A stretch of DNA of 64,000 bases from NCBI RefSeq assembly GCF_009914755.1, contig NC_060929.1. One strand, given 5' to 3'. The notes beneath the pieces are model-generated. The model saw only the letters and a list, made by a program, of their open reading frames with translations. It ran no database searches and was not told where the DNA came from. This DNA comes from the human T2T-CHM13v2.0 reference genome, Homo sapiens. Both the position numbers and the translations under genes were made by a program. Numbering within the stretch: the first letter of the stretch is position 1; each line of letters starts with the position of its first letter. Shown here in pieces: positions 61,102-64,000 of this stretch.

Positions 61102-61468
61102 TACAGTAGCGAATAGGACAAATTAAAATTCTGCTGTCATGGAGAAAGAGGAGGTCAATATTTTTGTTAACTTTGTTATAATAAGTGCTAAGCAAAAATT
61201 AAAAGCAGAGTCATGTGATACTAAATGACAGTCGTAGCTTAAGATGCCTTGATTTGAGCTTGATGATTGAGAGGCTGTCAGTCAGCTGAAAGTCTTAGAA
61301 CATTCCAGTTAGAGAGAACCACCAGTACCAAGTGTCTGAGTTAGGACCCTTCTGAGCTGGCATGAAGAACAGAAAGCAGGCCAGTGTGTCTGGAGCAGCG
61401 TGGCACCTAGGACCAGATCAAGTGCAGTAGGAAGCAGTAGCAGGATAGGGAGCAGAAACATGATATGA

Positions 61469-61642
<174 letters not shown>

Positions 61643-62514
61643 TAGTAGAGACGGGTTTCACCGTGTTAGCCAGGATGGTCTCTATCTCCTGACCTCGTGA
61701 TCCGCCCATCTCGGCCTCCTAAAGTGCTGGGATTACAGGTGTGAGCCACTGTGCCCGGCCGATCTTTAAGTTTTGGAAGATGGTTCTGGTGCTAGGTGGA
61801 GGATGCCTGGGGTTGGTGTGGATAGGAGTGGATGCATATAAAGCTTTTGTAGCTCTCTAGATGCCAGGGCTGGGGCTGGTGGTAGCAGTGGAGATGGAGA
61901 AGAGGAGATGGGTTTTGGACAGTTCCTGAGGGCAGAGGTGACAGGACTGGGTTGCTGGACTAGATGGCTTTGTTTTGCGGGCAGGAGAGGGGAGTATTCA
62001 AGGGAAATTCCTAGTTTTATGGCTTGAGAAACTTTCTTTGCACTTTAAAAATATTAGTGTTCTCTAGGCAACTATATCCCTGGCCATTTTCACTCTTTTT
62101 TTCCCCTGGGTGATGTTATTGATTCTTTCATAGCTTCATTTGTCACCTGTAATAATACTCTTCAAATCCCCAGTCCAGATCTGTCTTCCAGATTTCAAAT
62201 CCACATTTCCAGCTGTCTGCTGGACATTTTCATCTTTCCAGGATATATTTCCCACATATCCAAAATGGACTTTCCCTTTTTCCTACCAAATCATATGTTC
62301 CTTCTAAGTATTTTCCCTAACCCAGTCATCCAGAGTAAAAACCTGGGAATTTTCCACTCCTTTTCCACAATTCCCAGCGTTCAGTTGGTGGTTCTTTCAA
62401 CCAACATTGAAGTCCTGCTGGAGCCAGGAATCGTGGTAGATGGTGAACCTGTATCGCGGAGCCTAAGTGGGAGCAGATGATACACAGGTCATTGCAAAGC
62501 CGAGTTCAGGGCTA

Positions 62515-62721
<207 letters not shown>

Positions 62722-63077
62722 TTAGCCGGGCACGGTAGCATACACCTGTAATCCCAGTTACTCAGGAGGCTGAGGCAGGATAATCACTTGAACCCAGGAG
62801 GTCGAGGTTGTCGTGAGCTGAGATTGTGACATCGTACTACAGCCTGGGTGGCAGAGCGAGACTGTCTCAAAAAAAAAAAAAAAAAAAAAGAATTTACTTT
62901 TAAGGTGGATCTTAAGCTTTAGCCAGATGCTTTCCCCAGAGGTGTTCCATGGAACACTAATTTCATGGGCTGTTGAAAGTTACAGTGGAACACATTTGAG
63001 GAACACTGGGCTAAACAATTCTTTTTCCCTCTGAGCATCTGCACATATTGGCTAAACAAATGTATTTTATTTTTTAA

Positions 63078-63236
<159 letters not shown>

Positions 63237-63255
63237 TAGTAGAGACGGGGTTTCA

Positions 63256-63564
<309 letters not shown>

Positions 63565-63716
63565 TCAGGAGGCTGAGGCAGGGGAATCCCTAGAACCTGG
63601 GCACCGGAGGTTGCAGTGAGCCGAGATCGTGACACTGCACTCCAGCCCAGGCGACAGAGTGAGATTCCATCTCAAAATAAATAATAAAAAAAAAACCAAC
63701 ATTTTTGCCACATTCA

Positions 63717-63842
<126 letters not shown>

Positions 63843-63871
63843 TTAGCTGGGCGTGACGGCACACACCTCTA

Positions 63872-64000
<129 letters not shown>

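Overview
Primate DNA that I recognise from the protein sequences as the human 5q35.3 CBY3-CANX-MAML1 locus; the genomic identity is recalled, not searched. It contains, in order: the 5' part of CBY3 on the minus strand, whose CDS runs off the left edge and is missing from the ORF track; an Alu-saturated intergenic stretch holding an HMGB3 processed copy that still has an open frame; the complete calnexin gene (CpG-island promoter with a perfect ERSE, 14 coding exons that join to 1779 nt = 592 aa + stop, and a ~3 kb 3'UTR with several polyA signals); and, ~1.2 kb further on, the MAML1 promoter, exon 1 and the start of intron 1. I count roughly 100 Alu copies or fragments by eye, plus L1, L2, MIR, Tigger1, MER2 and an LTR remnant. 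Almost all other ORFs in the track are Alu or CpG-island artefacts. I see no CRISPR array, tRNA or rRNA, and no wholly new gene system. The best leads are sequence-level possibilities: a natural dominant-negative MAML1 from intron 1 read-in, an in-frame CANX-MAML1 read-through, a stop-free CANX exon 2-6 circle flanked by inverted Alus, an Arg-rich N-terminal calnexin extension, the open HMGB3 retrocopy, and two fold-back templated-insertion scars in CANX introns. None is shown to be functional by sequence alone.
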